Assembly: GCA_050872465.1 (NCBI GenBank)
Contig: JBNMGX010000004.1
Span: forward strand, 2,155 to 34,154
Direction of reading: 5' to 3'
Origin: Hallerella sp.
Lineage (GTDB): Bacteria; Fibrobacterota; Fibrobacteria; Fibrobacterales; Fibrobacteraceae
Length of the DNA: 32,000 nt
The position numbers and the translations under genes are program-made. The first letter of the stretch is position 1, and every line of letters begins with the position of its first letter. Positions 7,985 through 17,255 of this stretch are shown here, piece after piece. Under the pieces are notes generated by a model. The model was not told where the DNA came from, made no database searches, and saw only the letters and a list, made by a program, of their open reading frames with translations.

Positions 7985-8749
7985 ATGAAAAAGAAACTTT
8001 CCGATTGGATTCGCCGCGAATGGACCGATTACGTTCTCCTTTTGCGGAACATTCCCTCCCTAGTCGTCAGCCTATTTATCCTTTCCGTGGTGTGCATGAA
8101 CCTGCTCGCCAACAAGGAGCTGGTTTCGTTTCGGTATCTCGCGCTCGATTGCGGATTCACGCTCAGCTGGGTCTCGTTCCTGTGCATGGACATGATCTGC
8201 AAGCGGTTCGGCGCCAAGGCAGCGATGAAAATTTCCCTGCTTGCGCTGTTCGTTAATCTGTGTGTATTTTTCCTGTTTCACCTGCTCGCTATGACGCCCG
8301 GAATGTGGGGCGAATTTTACAGCTACGCGGATTCCAGTTTCGAAAAGGCGAATGTCGCGAACAACGCCCTGAACGCAACTTTTGGCGGCACCTGGTATGT
8401 CGTTTTCGGCTCAGCGGTCGCCATGTTCGTGTCGTCAATCGTCAATTCCGCAACGAACCACTGGATTTCCAAGAGGACAACATCTAGGGATTTCCGGAAT
8501 TTCGCCATCCGATCCTATACTTCGACGATGCTCGCCCAGTTTGTCGATAACCTCCTTTTCGCCTGCATCGTAAGCCATGTTTTCTTCGGCTGGACCATGG
8601 CGCAGGTTCTCGTCTGTTCGCTCACGGGCGCGGTGATGGAGCTTCTCTGCGAAGTCGTCTTCAGCCCGCTAGGCTACCGGATTTGCCACGCGTGGGAATC
8701 CCAGGGAATCGGCAAGGAATACATCCGATACAAGGAAGGAAAAGCGTGA
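7985..8749 (+). CDS. yhhQ: queuosine precursor transporter (VUT/YhhQ family, DUF165)
   Basis: 254 aa and polytopic. Family-like motifs are visible: NLLANKELV, LDCGFTLSWVSFLCMDMICKRFG, and IRSYTSTMLAQFVDNLLFACI. The preQ1-like element lies immediately upstream. Confidence 0.8.
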   Translation: MKKKLSDWIRREWTDYVLLLRNIPSLVVSLFILSVVCMNLLANKELVSFRYLALDCGFTLSWVSFLCMDMICKRFGAKAAMKISLLALFVNLCVFFLFHLLAMTPGMWGEFYSYADSSFEKANVANNALNATFGGTWYVVFGSAVAMFVSSIVNSATNHWISKRTTSRDFRNFAIRSYTSTMLAQFVDNLLFACIVSHVFFGWTMAQVLVCSLTGAVMELLCEVVFSPLGYRICHAWESQGIGKEYIRYKEGKA

Positions 8750-9411
8750 ACGTATTTGTCAGCGGACCGAGCCGCGGCATCGGCAAGGCGGTCACAAAAA
8801 AGTTTATAGAAAACGGAGCGCGCGTTTTCGGGTTCGACATCTTGCCGGCAAGCATTTGCCATGAAAGATACGAACATTTTGTCTGCGATGTTTCCAAGGA
8901 TTCCTTGCCCGAAATCTCGATAGGTGCGGAAATCGTCGTGAGCAACGCGGGCGTCCAAAATTCCGGTCGCGATATCGATGTGAACCTCAAAGGCTCGATG
9001 CGCTTTGTCGAAGAATACGCATTCCAGCCGTCCATCAAGTCCGTGCTGCTTGTCGCATCGGCCTCAGCGCATTCCGGCGCGGAATTTCCCGAATATTCCG
9101 CATCAAAGGGCGGCCTGCTCGCTTACATGAAAAATGCCGCGACAAGGCTCGCAAAATTCGGAGCGACCTGCAACAGCATTTCTCCGGGCGGAGTTTCCAC
9201 CGACCTGAACCTTCCCGTGATGCGCGACAAAACCCTTTGGCAAAAAATCATGGACGTTACCCCGCTCAGGCGTTGGGCAAGCCCCGAAGACATCGCCGAA
9301 TGGATTTACTTCCTCACCGCAGTGAACAAGAACTGCACCGGGCAAGACATCTTGATCGACAACGGGGAAAAGGATTTAAACGGCACATTCGTGTGGCCGC
9401 AATTTCTTTAA
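8746..9411 (+). CDS. SDR-family oxidoreductase
   Basis: The ORF is open from 8683, but the GTG at 8746 (GTGA overlap with the yhhQ stop) gives the normal SDR N-terminus VNVFVSGPSRGIGKA (TGxxxGIG-type). NAG (VSNAGV) and the catalytic YSASK (YxxxK) are present. Confidence 0.8.
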   Translation: MNVFVSGPSRGIGKAVTKKFIENGARVFGFDILPASICHERYEHFVCDVSKDSLPEISIGAEIVVSNAGVQNSGRDIDVNLKGSMRFVEEYAFQPSIKSVLLVASASAHSGAEFPEYSASKGGLLAYMKNAATRLAKFGATCNSISPGGVSTDLNLPVMRDKTLWQKIMDVTPLRRWASPEDIAEWIYFLTAVNKNCTGQDILIDNGEKDLNGTFVWPQFL

Positions 9412-9485
9412 GCTGTTTTCAAGTTGCAAAACGACCATAAAAATCTTGGGCCTTGTCGCCAAAGACTTCTCTGGCTGTACAATAA

Positions 9486-9518
9486 AAAGCGAACGCTGTA
9501 TTTAACAGCATTCGCTTT
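9486..9518. terminator. hairpin between convergent genes (putative bidirectional terminator)
   Basis: AAAGCGAACGCTG-TATTTAA-CAGCATTCGCTTT forms a 13-bp stem with one mismatch. A-rich sequence lies 5' and TTT/CC 3'. It sits between the SDR stop (9411) and the lipoprotein stop (9537). Confidence 0.5.
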
Positions 9519-9536
9519 CCGAGGAAACGACAGAAA

Positions 9537-11150
9537 CTATATTGTAGAATTCCAGGAATAAGCCCCATAGGATGATTGACACGAATAGGTCTTGCCGCCT
9601 ATCGAAATACTACTATCCGGGTTCTGAAACGAGCATTCTTCCCACCGAGAACCCGAACATAAAAGCTGGATAACATCCTTTCCGCATGCTTTTTGAAATT
9701 CTTCGCTCGTTATTTCTTCGCCGCCCAAGTATTTCATCATAATATCCTCGTCTAATTCAGCACACTCTTCAATTCCGGCGGTTGTTCGCGCAAGAAAAGC
9801 AATCTCTCCGGCATTGGCGGACGAACACTGCGTACCGGTAGGCGAATCATCTTGCACATTCTCGTTTACCTTCCATTTGCCGGCAGAACATACGAAGAGA
9901 TCGACAGCCTTGTCTGTCCATTCGGGCGTCGTCGGACAAGGCGTTCCCTCGACAGGAGCCGAAAGCGACCACCAGTTGTTTGCCTTGCAATACCAGTTTT
10001 TCTTGATTTCCCCCTCTTTGCCTTTTACGCAAACAGCCTGCAGCTCCCGTTCCGTTTCAAACGGAATGTCCGTCAGACTGAAACCGGGCGTACCGCAGGA
10101 CACATTCATAACGGCATCGGCAAGCTCCCTGTTTTCATAGCCAGCGAGGCGAATGTCAAAAACGACGCCAGTTTCGTAAAATCTTCCAGATATACTCGGT
10201 TTTTTCTTAAAGAACGCCAGATAAGGATTGTCCGCATCATGAATCCCGAGCAAAGTCGGCAGATTGTCGAAATCTTCGTCGGCTAGCGTGCCAACGGATT
10301 GAACAAGCTTATAGTACAACCACATAGAGGAATCCGCAGAGTTTACGTCCGCATCAATGCTTAACCGCAGAGCGTCCTTTGAATAGAGGTAGTACAATTC
10401 CGTCGTCGAAGATTCACTGAAGCACTGCGAAATCATCCCGCCATCGCATGGCATGGACAGGAGCCTATCCGGAGTATCCCGGATGATTTGGAGCACAGCT
10501 CGATTTCCTTTGGAATCCACCATTTGCAAATGAATATCCAGCTGAAAGTTTTCCTCGTCGCATTCAAAATCCAGTGTCACAAGGCTGTCTTCTATGATGG
10601 TACAGACAGGATCAGACATCGCTGTCGAATCTTTGCAGTAAACCGACGCAATCCCTTCTCGAGATGCAATCGGGCTTTCGCAGACACCTTTCTTGAACTG
10701 CTGTTTTTTTTCTTCGGCCCCCTCTCCAAGATACATTCCACCTTTGTAGGAGACCTTGTAATGGAGGATTCCGTCTTGCGCATAGATTTCATCCTTGTTT
10801 ATATGGTCGTCGCATGTAAAAATGTTTTCCCTTTGGGAAACAGAGGACGAAGAAACAGAGGACGAACTCGCAACATTTTCCGAAGAACTAGTTCCGTCTT
10901 TCCTGGCAGAGCTGCTCGATCGATTCGCTTGGGAAGTCGAGTCTTTTTCAATCCATTCGCCATTCTTGCAGACATACTCAATTCCGGATTCCTCGTCCAT
11001 TCTGGTTTCCGAATCTAAATCCGCAGTGCATTTCGGCATAGATTCCGAAAGCGGCGGTTTGCTCGACCCCGAAGAATCGTCCCCGCATGCTACGAACCCC
11101 GCTAGCGGGAATAAGGCGATACCGAACAGTTTCGAAACGTCAATTTTCAT
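9537..11150 (-). CDS. Ser-rich, Cys-rich secreted lipoprotein of unknown function
   Basis: 537 aa. The signal peptide has a lipobox (LFPLAGFVAC), followed by a Ser-rich linker (SSSSARKDGTSSSENVASSSSVSSSSVS). A short C-x-x-G-x-W-type module recurs (YVCKNGEWIEK, WYCKANNWWS, FVCSAGKWKV, LLCSGSRWEE). Confidence 0.7.
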   Translation of the reverse strand: MKIDVSKLFGIALFPLAGFVACGDDSSGSSKPPLSESMPKCTADLDSETRMDEESGIEYVCKNGEWIEKDSTSQANRSSSSARKDGTSSSENVASSSSVSSSSVSQRENIFTCDDHINKDEIYAQDGILHYKVSYKGGMYLGEGAEEKKQQFKKGVCESPIASREGIASVYCKDSTAMSDPVCTIIEDSLVTLDFECDEENFQLDIHLQMVDSKGNRAVLQIIRDTPDRLLSMPCDGGMISQCFSESSTTELYYLYSKDALRLSIDADVNSADSSMWLYYKLVQSVGTLADEDFDNLPTLLGIHDADNPYLAFFKKKPSISGRFYETGVVFDIRLAGYENRELADAVMNVSCGTPGFSLTDIPFETERELQAVCVKGKEGEIKKNWYCKANNWWSLSAPVEGTPCPTTPEWTDKAVDLFVCSAGKWKVNENVQDDSPTGTQCSSANAGEIAFLARTTAGIEECAELDEDIMMKYLGGEEITSEEFQKACGKDVIQLLCSGSRWEECSFQNPDSSISIGGKTYSCQSSYGAYSWNSTI

Positions 11151-11401
11151 AGAACCTCTTTTTTTTGTTGCATTTTATTACAAAATTACATTCAAATTTA
11201 ATTTTGCGGGCATTCATCGTCAAACAAATCCAATTTTAATCAAAAAAGCAAAAAAAACATCGAAAAACGAAAAGTTGTCGCCGACGATTCTTACAACTTC
11301 GCAAAAGCGTTCAACGGGAGCGGAGGATTTCGACATCGCCGATCAGCCTAGGGGAGTCGTAAAGCAGGCCGAGTGGAAACGGAATCGCTATCGGCGATAA
11401 T

Positions 11402-14400
11402 TCATTTTTTTACAAGTTCAATTTCCGGAAGTATAATTGGGCAAAGGTCCTCGCGTTCTTTATTGTGCCAGGCGACCACATAGCGGATTCGAACCTGTTT
11501 TACGGAATATCCCAAATCATTCAAATGGGAAATTTTTTCTCTTGCCGTTTTTGACAGTACTGCGACAGGATTTTTTGATCCGCTGTCGTCGTACAGTTTT
11601 CCTCGGAAATACTTCAATGCGTCTCCGCTGTGCAGTTTGAAGATTCGTTTTTTCAGGTCTGCGCCTTCGTCAATCGTTTCGCCATAAGAGTAATCAAGCC
11701 ACATGTCCCTGTGACCGAATTGGAAAATGATTTCGGCGGGTTCCGAATACTTCGCTTTTTCGACTATTGCGGGAGCGTACTTATCTAAGAAGGGGCAGCA
11801 ATGGAAAACATACAGTTGCTTTTTCGCGCGGGTAAAGCCTACATACAATACACGGCGGCCTTGATCGGCATTTGCTCTTTGATCCTTGATCAGCATATAG
11901 ACTCGATCAAATTCGCGCCCCTTTGCCTTGTGAATCGTGGAGACAACGACCTCGTTCTTTTCTCCGCGTTCAAAGTCGGAAATTTTCGATTCCATCAAAA
12001 ACAGCTTCAAGTCGTTTCGATAAAGTCGATCGTTGTGCTTTTGATACACCTTAAGCGCCTTTAAGCAGATTGGCAGCAACGAACTCTTTTGATAAGCGTC
12101 TTTAAACTTGTTTATGGACGCGCTCCACTCATCCGAGCTAATGACAGGCTCTTCGTTTTTGGAGATCCATTTTACAAAGCATCTGAACTCTGCTAGATCG
12201 TAGAGCGAAAATCCGTCGCTATCCTGAATCAGCTTCGCCTTGATGTTTTCGTGATTTAGGAGCGCCATCATTTTCAGGGCGTCGTCATTCGTCTGGGTTA
12301 AAACACTCACGGTCCCTTGAGGCGGATATTTTTTCAAGTGTTCAACGACGGGGTATTCCATATTCGGCGAATCGAACTTTCGGATTCTTACAGTTCCTTC
12401 CCCATCCGAAACAGCTCGAATCGGATTCACCTTCAAGCGATTAGGAATGTCCTGAACAAAAGAATTTGTAAAATCGACGACCTTTTTGATGCTGCGGTAA
12501 TTTTCGACAAGTTCATACTTTTTGGCCTTGTAAAGTTCAATAAAGCGATTCAAATCCACAGACTTTGAACCCGCCTTTTGATGGATACCTTCGAAAATGT
12601 TCTGGTCATCGTCGCCCACGGCAATGACGCGCATGTCTTCGTTCTCTTCGATCAAGGCTTGAACCAAGGCAAACTGGTGTTCATCCATATCCTGGGCTTC
12701 GTCAATCACCAGGACTTTCTTGGTTACCTTGCTATGCTCAATTTCGCCTTCCTTGATTTTTGCGACCGCCATTTCTACGGCGGATTTGGCCTTGTCCAGA
12801 TCGCCCATGGTGCCTAGTAAATCAAAGGCATAGGAATGGAAGGTCTTGGCAGTCAAAAAAGAGGCCGCGCGACCAATCAACTTATGGAGCTTTTCCTTGA
12901 AATCGATGGCTGCGCTGCGAGAGAACGTGAGCATTAGCAACTGTTCGTGCTTCACGTCTTCCAAGAGCATCAATGACGCCAACTTATGGACGAGAACGCG
13001 GGTCTTTCCGCTTCCGGGGCCTGCAGCCACCATGATGTACTGGCTGTTTTTATCTTCGATAATTTGCTTTTGACGTTCCGAAAGGGAATCCACAATTTCG
13101 TGATACTTTTCGGGAGTAATATTGTGGTTGATTTCGTCCATGCGGTTGCCCTTGAAATACTTGTTCAAGAACATCTTGTAATCCAGGGCGAAATAATCGC
13201 TTACAAAAGTCTGAGCCTGCTTGCTGTCACGCACCATCATGTTGGCGTATTCACCGACGATATGGATTTGCTGCATTTTCATCTGGTAGAAATGATTCAG
13301 CTTTTCATAGTCATCGACTTTATACTTGATCAGGTTGCTCTTTTCGATTCGATGAATTTCAAGCGCGTTGTAGAGAACCAAGAATCCGTCTTCCAGTTGC
13401 AAAGAATTGATCTTGGAAAGATATAGAAGAGACGTTTCAAGTTCCTTGTAAGATACCGGTTCGTTGGCAAATAAGGAAACCTGTTTTTCGTAAGCGGTCA
13501 GCAATTCTTTTTCGGAGAATTGAATCAGGGCTTCTTCACGAGAATTCGTCTTGGCGTCGGCATTTGCCTGGTACAGTTGGTCAATCACAAAATGGGCCAA
13601 TTGAACTCGGCGCTTAAAATTGCTCTCTAAGTTTTGGAGAGAAACCTTCAATTCAATTTTTGTACAGATGTCCGAACAGTAATTCTTTTCGATAAGGCCA
13701 TTGATCATCCAAAAGAACAGAATGGTCTTGAAGTCCTTTACGCTTGACTTCTTTATTCCCTTAGCTTCTGCTTGTTCATTCAATTCCTTGAGATTGAATA
13801 CGGTTTTTCCTTCTTTCAGTTTAGTAATCAAGAAGTTTTCAAGAGCCTCGAAACGTTTGAGGACCAGCTTTGACTTGTTTTCGCCATCGCCTTTTTTAAT
13901 GTAGGCGGTCAAATCCTTGGAATCGTCCAGAATATTTTCGGCGCGCAAAAGCTGAACCGTTTCTTGAACAACACGACATTCCAAGCCGAGAACATCGGCG
14001 ATGTAGTCGATGCGGGATTCCGCTTCATCGCCCTTGCCTTTTGAAACGATTCGTTCCGAAATCAACAGGCTAATAATTCGAATGGCGTTTTCCTTCTGAT
14101 TTTCGTCAAACATGTTTGATGCGGTAATCTTGCTACGAGCCTCGTCCATGTTTGAAACAAGAATGCCTGTGGCGTAAACCCGAGGGCAGTTCTGCTTGCG
14201 CTCAATGTAGCCCGCTTCTTCCAAAGCGAGAATGGCTGTTTTCACACGCGTTTCGATATCGCCATTTGGGTCGTCAAAACCCGCTTCTCTTGCGATTTCA
14301 AGAGGCGAACGCTTCAGCACGGTCCTGTTCTTTGTAAGGTTCTTGATGGCCTTCCAGACCTGTTGAATTTCGCTCATGCTGAGCTTCGTCTGGTTCAGCA

Positions 14401-16246
14401 ACAAGAAATGTTTGTCCAAATCACTTTCGTTAAAAAGGACGAAACACTCCGCCTGCAAGCTCTGGTCTCGCCCGGCGCGACCGGCCTCTTGAACATAGTT
14501 TTCAAGCGAATCCGAAATTTCGTAATGAACAACAAGCTGCACGTCCGACTTGTCAACGCCCATTCCAAATGCAGAAGTGGCGACGATAATCTGAACCTTG
14601 CCGCTGATGAACGCTTCCTGGTTTTCCACCTTTTCGCGGGCTTCCATTTTGCCGTTAAAAGGCAAAACCGCAAATCCGTCTTTGCCCAGTTTTTCTGCCA
14701 GCTCGTGCGTTTTCTTGGTTCTCGAAACATAGACGATAGTCGGGCAATTTTTCGCCTCAATCAACGAACGCAAGGTCTTGTACTTTTGATCATCGTCTTC
14801 TTGATAGATGACGTGATAGGTCAGATTTGCGCGGGTCGCCCTTGTGGCAAAAATCCTTAAATCAAGATTCAGCTTTTTCTTGAAGTAATCGCAAATGTCC
14901 TGCACCACTTTTTGCTTTGCCGTTGCCGTAAAGCAGGATACGGGAATCCTTCTTGTCCCAGACTTTTGCGCCTGGATATTCTTGATGAAATCTCCGATAT
15001 AGAGATAGTCCACACGAAAATCATGACCCCAGCTCGAAAAACAGTGGGCCTCGTCGATTACAAATCGAGCAATCTGCCTAGAGAGCAAAAGCTTTTCGAT
15101 AGTGCGGGAACGCAGAGACTCCGGCGAAATGTACAGCAACGAAGCCATGCCGGTCGCGACACGCTTAATGGACTCCGCGCGTTCAATGGGATCCAGCAAA
15201 CCGTTGATGGTTACCGCATCCACAATTCCCTTGGAACTCAGATTATCCACCTGGTCCTTCATCAGGGACTGCAAAGGCGAAATCACGACCGTTAAGCCCT
15301 TGTAATTTTCCCCTGCCATCAAAGCGGGTAGTTGGAAGGTAATGGACTTACCGCCACCTGTCGGGAAAATGGCCAATAGGGATTCGTTATTGACCGCCGC
15401 CGCAGCTGCACGCTCCTGCAGAGGTTCGCCATCGTAAGTTCTAAAGCTATCGTAGCCAAAAATTTCCTTCAGCTTTTTGCGGACATCGAGCTTGCCGTTG
15501 CAATAGGCGCATGTAGGCTCGTGACACGGATTGTTGCGCAAAAAGAAAAGGATGTTCTCGGTGAACGGATAGTTTCGCAGTACCCAGGCCGGTGTAATGG
15601 AACGCTTATCCTGAAGGTTGATTACGGACAACGCATAGGCCAGTTCAATCGGACGTTCTGTCGCGAACGATTCCATCACGGCATTTTCACAAATCAGACC
15701 GGCAAATCGACTTTGAATCTGTGTTACAAGGTTCTTGGTGTTAGACCTTGCCAAAAGAAGATTGTTGAAAAATCCCTTGCTTTCTTCTTTCAGACCGACA
15801 TAATCAAAGAATCCCTTAAATTCTTTTGAATCTTTCAACAGCTTGAAATAGATGTCCTTTAATTCGCCATCTAGGGCATTGAACGCATTTACTTCATCGT
15901 GGAACAATTCCCTGGACTTTTCCGCATCTAGCAAGGGGTTGTTCAAAGCGTCGCTCAGGATTTTTTCGTCTTTCAGCAACTTGTGGCTAGGCCGCATGGG
16001 GAACATCAGCGGAGAAAGATAGAGCGTGTCAATAACCTTCTTTTTATCCAGTTCCATGTGCTTTAGATACTGAAGATCGTGATTCAAAATGTTATGACCA
16101 CCGACGTATTCCGCACCTTTCACAAAATTCAGGAAATCACCCTGGCTCGGTGTATGAATCGTCCGATCCAAAGAATCGACGGCTCCGAGATCGGCAATTC
16201 TCCCACTGGATGTGGAAACTTCAATATCAAAAAAAACGATGTTCAC
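11402..16246 (-). CDS. giant fusion helicase: DnaQ-like exonuclease-like N-domain + RecQ-family (SF2) helicase + UvrD/PcrA-like (SF1) helicase
   Basis: 1614 aa. The N-terminus carries FFDIE, GHNILNHDL and LLDAEKSRELF (DEDD-exonuclease-like). The RecQ core has PTGGGKS (15344-15364), DEAH (VIDEAHCFSSWGHDFRVDY, 15044-15055) and YVQEAGRAGRD. The UvrD core has VAAGPGSGKT (13001-13030), VIDEAQDM (12686-12709), TIHKAKGREFD and GFTRAKKQLYV. Confidence 0.85.
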   Translation of the reverse strand: MNIVFFDIEVSTSSGRIADLGAVDSLDRTIHTPSQGDFLNFVKGAEYVGGHNILNHDLQYLKHMELDKKKVIDTLYLSPLMFPMRPSHKLLKDEKILSDALNNPLLDAEKSRELFHDEVNAFNALDGELKDIYFKLLKDSKEFKGFFDYVGLKEESKGFFNNLLLARSNTKNLVTQIQSRFAGLICENAVMESFATERPIELAYALSVINLQDKRSITPAWVLRNYPFTENILFFLRNNPCHEPTCAYCNGKLDVRKKLKEIFGYDSFRTYDGEPLQERAAAAAVNNESLLAIFPTGGGKSITFQLPALMAGENYKGLTVVISPLQSLMKDQVDNLSSKGIVDAVTINGLLDPIERAESIKRVATGMASLLYISPESLRSRTIEKLLLSRQIARFVIDEAHCFSSWGHDFRVDYLYIGDFIKNIQAQKSGTRRIPVSCFTATAKQKVVQDICDYFKKKLNLDLRIFATRATRANLTYHVIYQEDDDQKYKTLRSLIEAKNCPTIVYVSRTKKTHELAEKLGKDGFAVLPFNGKMEAREKVENQEAFISGKVQIIVATSAFGMGVDKSDVQLVVHYEISDSLENYVQEAGRAGRDQSLQAECFVLFNESDLDKHFLLLNQTKLSMSEIQQVWKAIKNLTKNRTVLKRSPLEIAREAGFDDPNGDIETRVKTAILALEEAGYIERKQNCPRVYATGILVSNMDEARSKITASNMFDENQKENAIRIISLLISERIVSKGKGDEAESRIDYIADVLGLECRVVQETVQLLRAENILDDSKDLTAYIKKGDGENKSKLVLKRFEALENFLITKLKEGKTVFNLKELNEQAEAKGIKKSSVKDFKTILFFWMINGLIEKNYCSDICTKIELKVSLQNLESNFKRRVQLAHFVIDQLYQANADAKTNSREEALIQFSEKELLTAYEKQVSLFANEPVSYKELETSLLYLSKINSLQLEDGFLVLYNALEIHRIEKSNLIKYKVDDYEKLNHFYQMKMQQIHIVGEYANMMVRDSKQAQTFVSDYFALDYKMFLNKYFKGNRMDEINHNITPEKYHEIVDSLSERQKQIIEDKNSQYIMVAAGPGSGKTRVLVHKLASLMLLEDVKHEQLLMLTFSRSAAIDFKEKLHKLIGRAASFLTAKTFHSYAFDLLGTMGDLDKAKSAVEMAVAKIKEGEIEHSKVTKKVLVIDEAQDMDEHQFALVQALIEENEDMRVIAVGDDDQNIFEGIHQKAGSKSVDLNRFIELYKAKKYELVENYRSIKKVVDFTNSFVQDIPNRLKVNPIRAVSDGEGTVRIRKFDSPNMEYPVVEHLKKYPPQGTVSVLTQTNDDALKMMALLNHENIKAKLIQDSDGFSLYDLAEFRCFVKWISKNEEPVISSDEWSASINKFKDAYQKSSLLPICLKALKVYQKHNDRLYRNDLKLFLMESKISDFERGEKNEVVVSTIHKAKGREFDRVYMLIKDQRANADQGRRVLYVGFTRAKKQLYVFHCCPFLDKYAPAIVEKAKYSEPAEIIFQFGHRDMWLDYSYGETIDEGADLKKRIFKLHSGDALKYFRGKLYDDSGSKNPVAVLSKTAREKISHLNDLGYSVKQVRIRYVVAWHNKEREDLCPIILPEIELVKK

Positions 16247-16409
16247 GATGGTAAAATAAATCTTTTTCGGTGCGAATTATGCAGGGAAATGCGGATAAAG
16301 TTTTTGTTGTACTATTCCTGATCCGAAATTCTGGCTTATATGACATTTGGGTACCTAGATTCTTTCTAACCCATTGTCATTCTTGACGTTAGAGTAGATT
16401 TTTCTTTTT

Positions 16410-17192
16410 ATGGGAAAAATCTGCTTTTTTTGTGGTAGAAACGACGTAATAAAGAAAGGGTTGAAGAACGGGAAACAACGCTGGTTTTGCAAAGCGTGCG
16501 GCAAGTTTTTTTCGTCCCGAAAGCGCGCGGACAAGAAAAGGATGATCGAACTCTATACCCAGGGAAACTATACAGTACGACAGCTTGCCTCCTTGTTCGG
16601 CTTTTCGGAAAGAACCGTATATCGCTCATTGCAAAGGTACTCAAACAACAGCTCGGCAAGACCTGTCCAGAAAGATATTGTCGCCATGATGGACGCTTCC
16701 TATTGGGGCTGGAATTTCGGCGCCGTCGCCACCAAGGATCACGTTTCGGGAGTTGTCCTCTGGCATAAATTTATCGACCGAAAAGAACGGACCGGCGACT
16801 ATGTTGAAGGAATCCTGGCTCTTGAGCGACAAGGTTTCACGATACGCGGCATCGTAAGCGACGGACTGAAAGGCTTGCGGGACAGGCTATCCGCCTATCG
16901 TTTCCAATACTGCCAGTTTCATCAAGTAATGACCGTAAAACATAAATTGACCAACCATCCGAAGTTGGAGGCGTCAATAGAGTTGCTGGACATTGCGAAG
17001 CTTCTATGCCATACAGACAAAGAATCTTTTGCGGGAATTTTGAACGACTGGCGTGCAAGATGGGAATCCTTTCTTAACGAAAGAACTACCGATGAAAAGG
17101 GAAGATCTTTCTACACCCACAAAAACCTGAGAAGTGCGTATCATAGCCTTAAACGGAACATGCATTCAACGGTTCATCTGTTATTGGGTTAA
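16410..17192 (+). CDS. transposase-like protein (N-terminal zinc ribbon + HTH + DDE-like core; IS1595/IS1-like, family uncertain), probably 3'-truncated
   Basis: CFFCG...WFCKACGKFF forms a zinc ribbon and TVRQLASLFGFSERTVYRSL an HTH. Candidate catalytic acidic residues are MMDASYWG and IVSDGLKG, followed by THKNLRSAYHSLKRNM. The ORF stops only 8 aa after that last motif. No terminal inverted repeats were found. Confidence 0.5.
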   Translation: MGKICFFCGRNDVIKKGLKNGKQRWFCKACGKFFSSRKRADKKRMIELYTQGNYTVRQLASLFGFSERTVYRSLQRYSNNSSARPVQKDIVAMMDASYWGWNFGAVATKDHVSGVVLWHKFIDRKERTGDYVEGILALERQGFTIRGIVSDGLKGLRDRLSAYRFQYCQFHQVMTVKHKLTNHPKLEASIELLDIAKLLCHTDKESFAGILNDWRARWESFLNERTTDEKGRSFYTHKNLRSAYHSLKRNMHSTVHLLLG

Positions 17193-17255
17193 TCCCCAAA
17201 GAGAGTTTACGAAGATAGCTTTCAGCATGTTCCAAAATTTCTAATTCGGTCGCCA

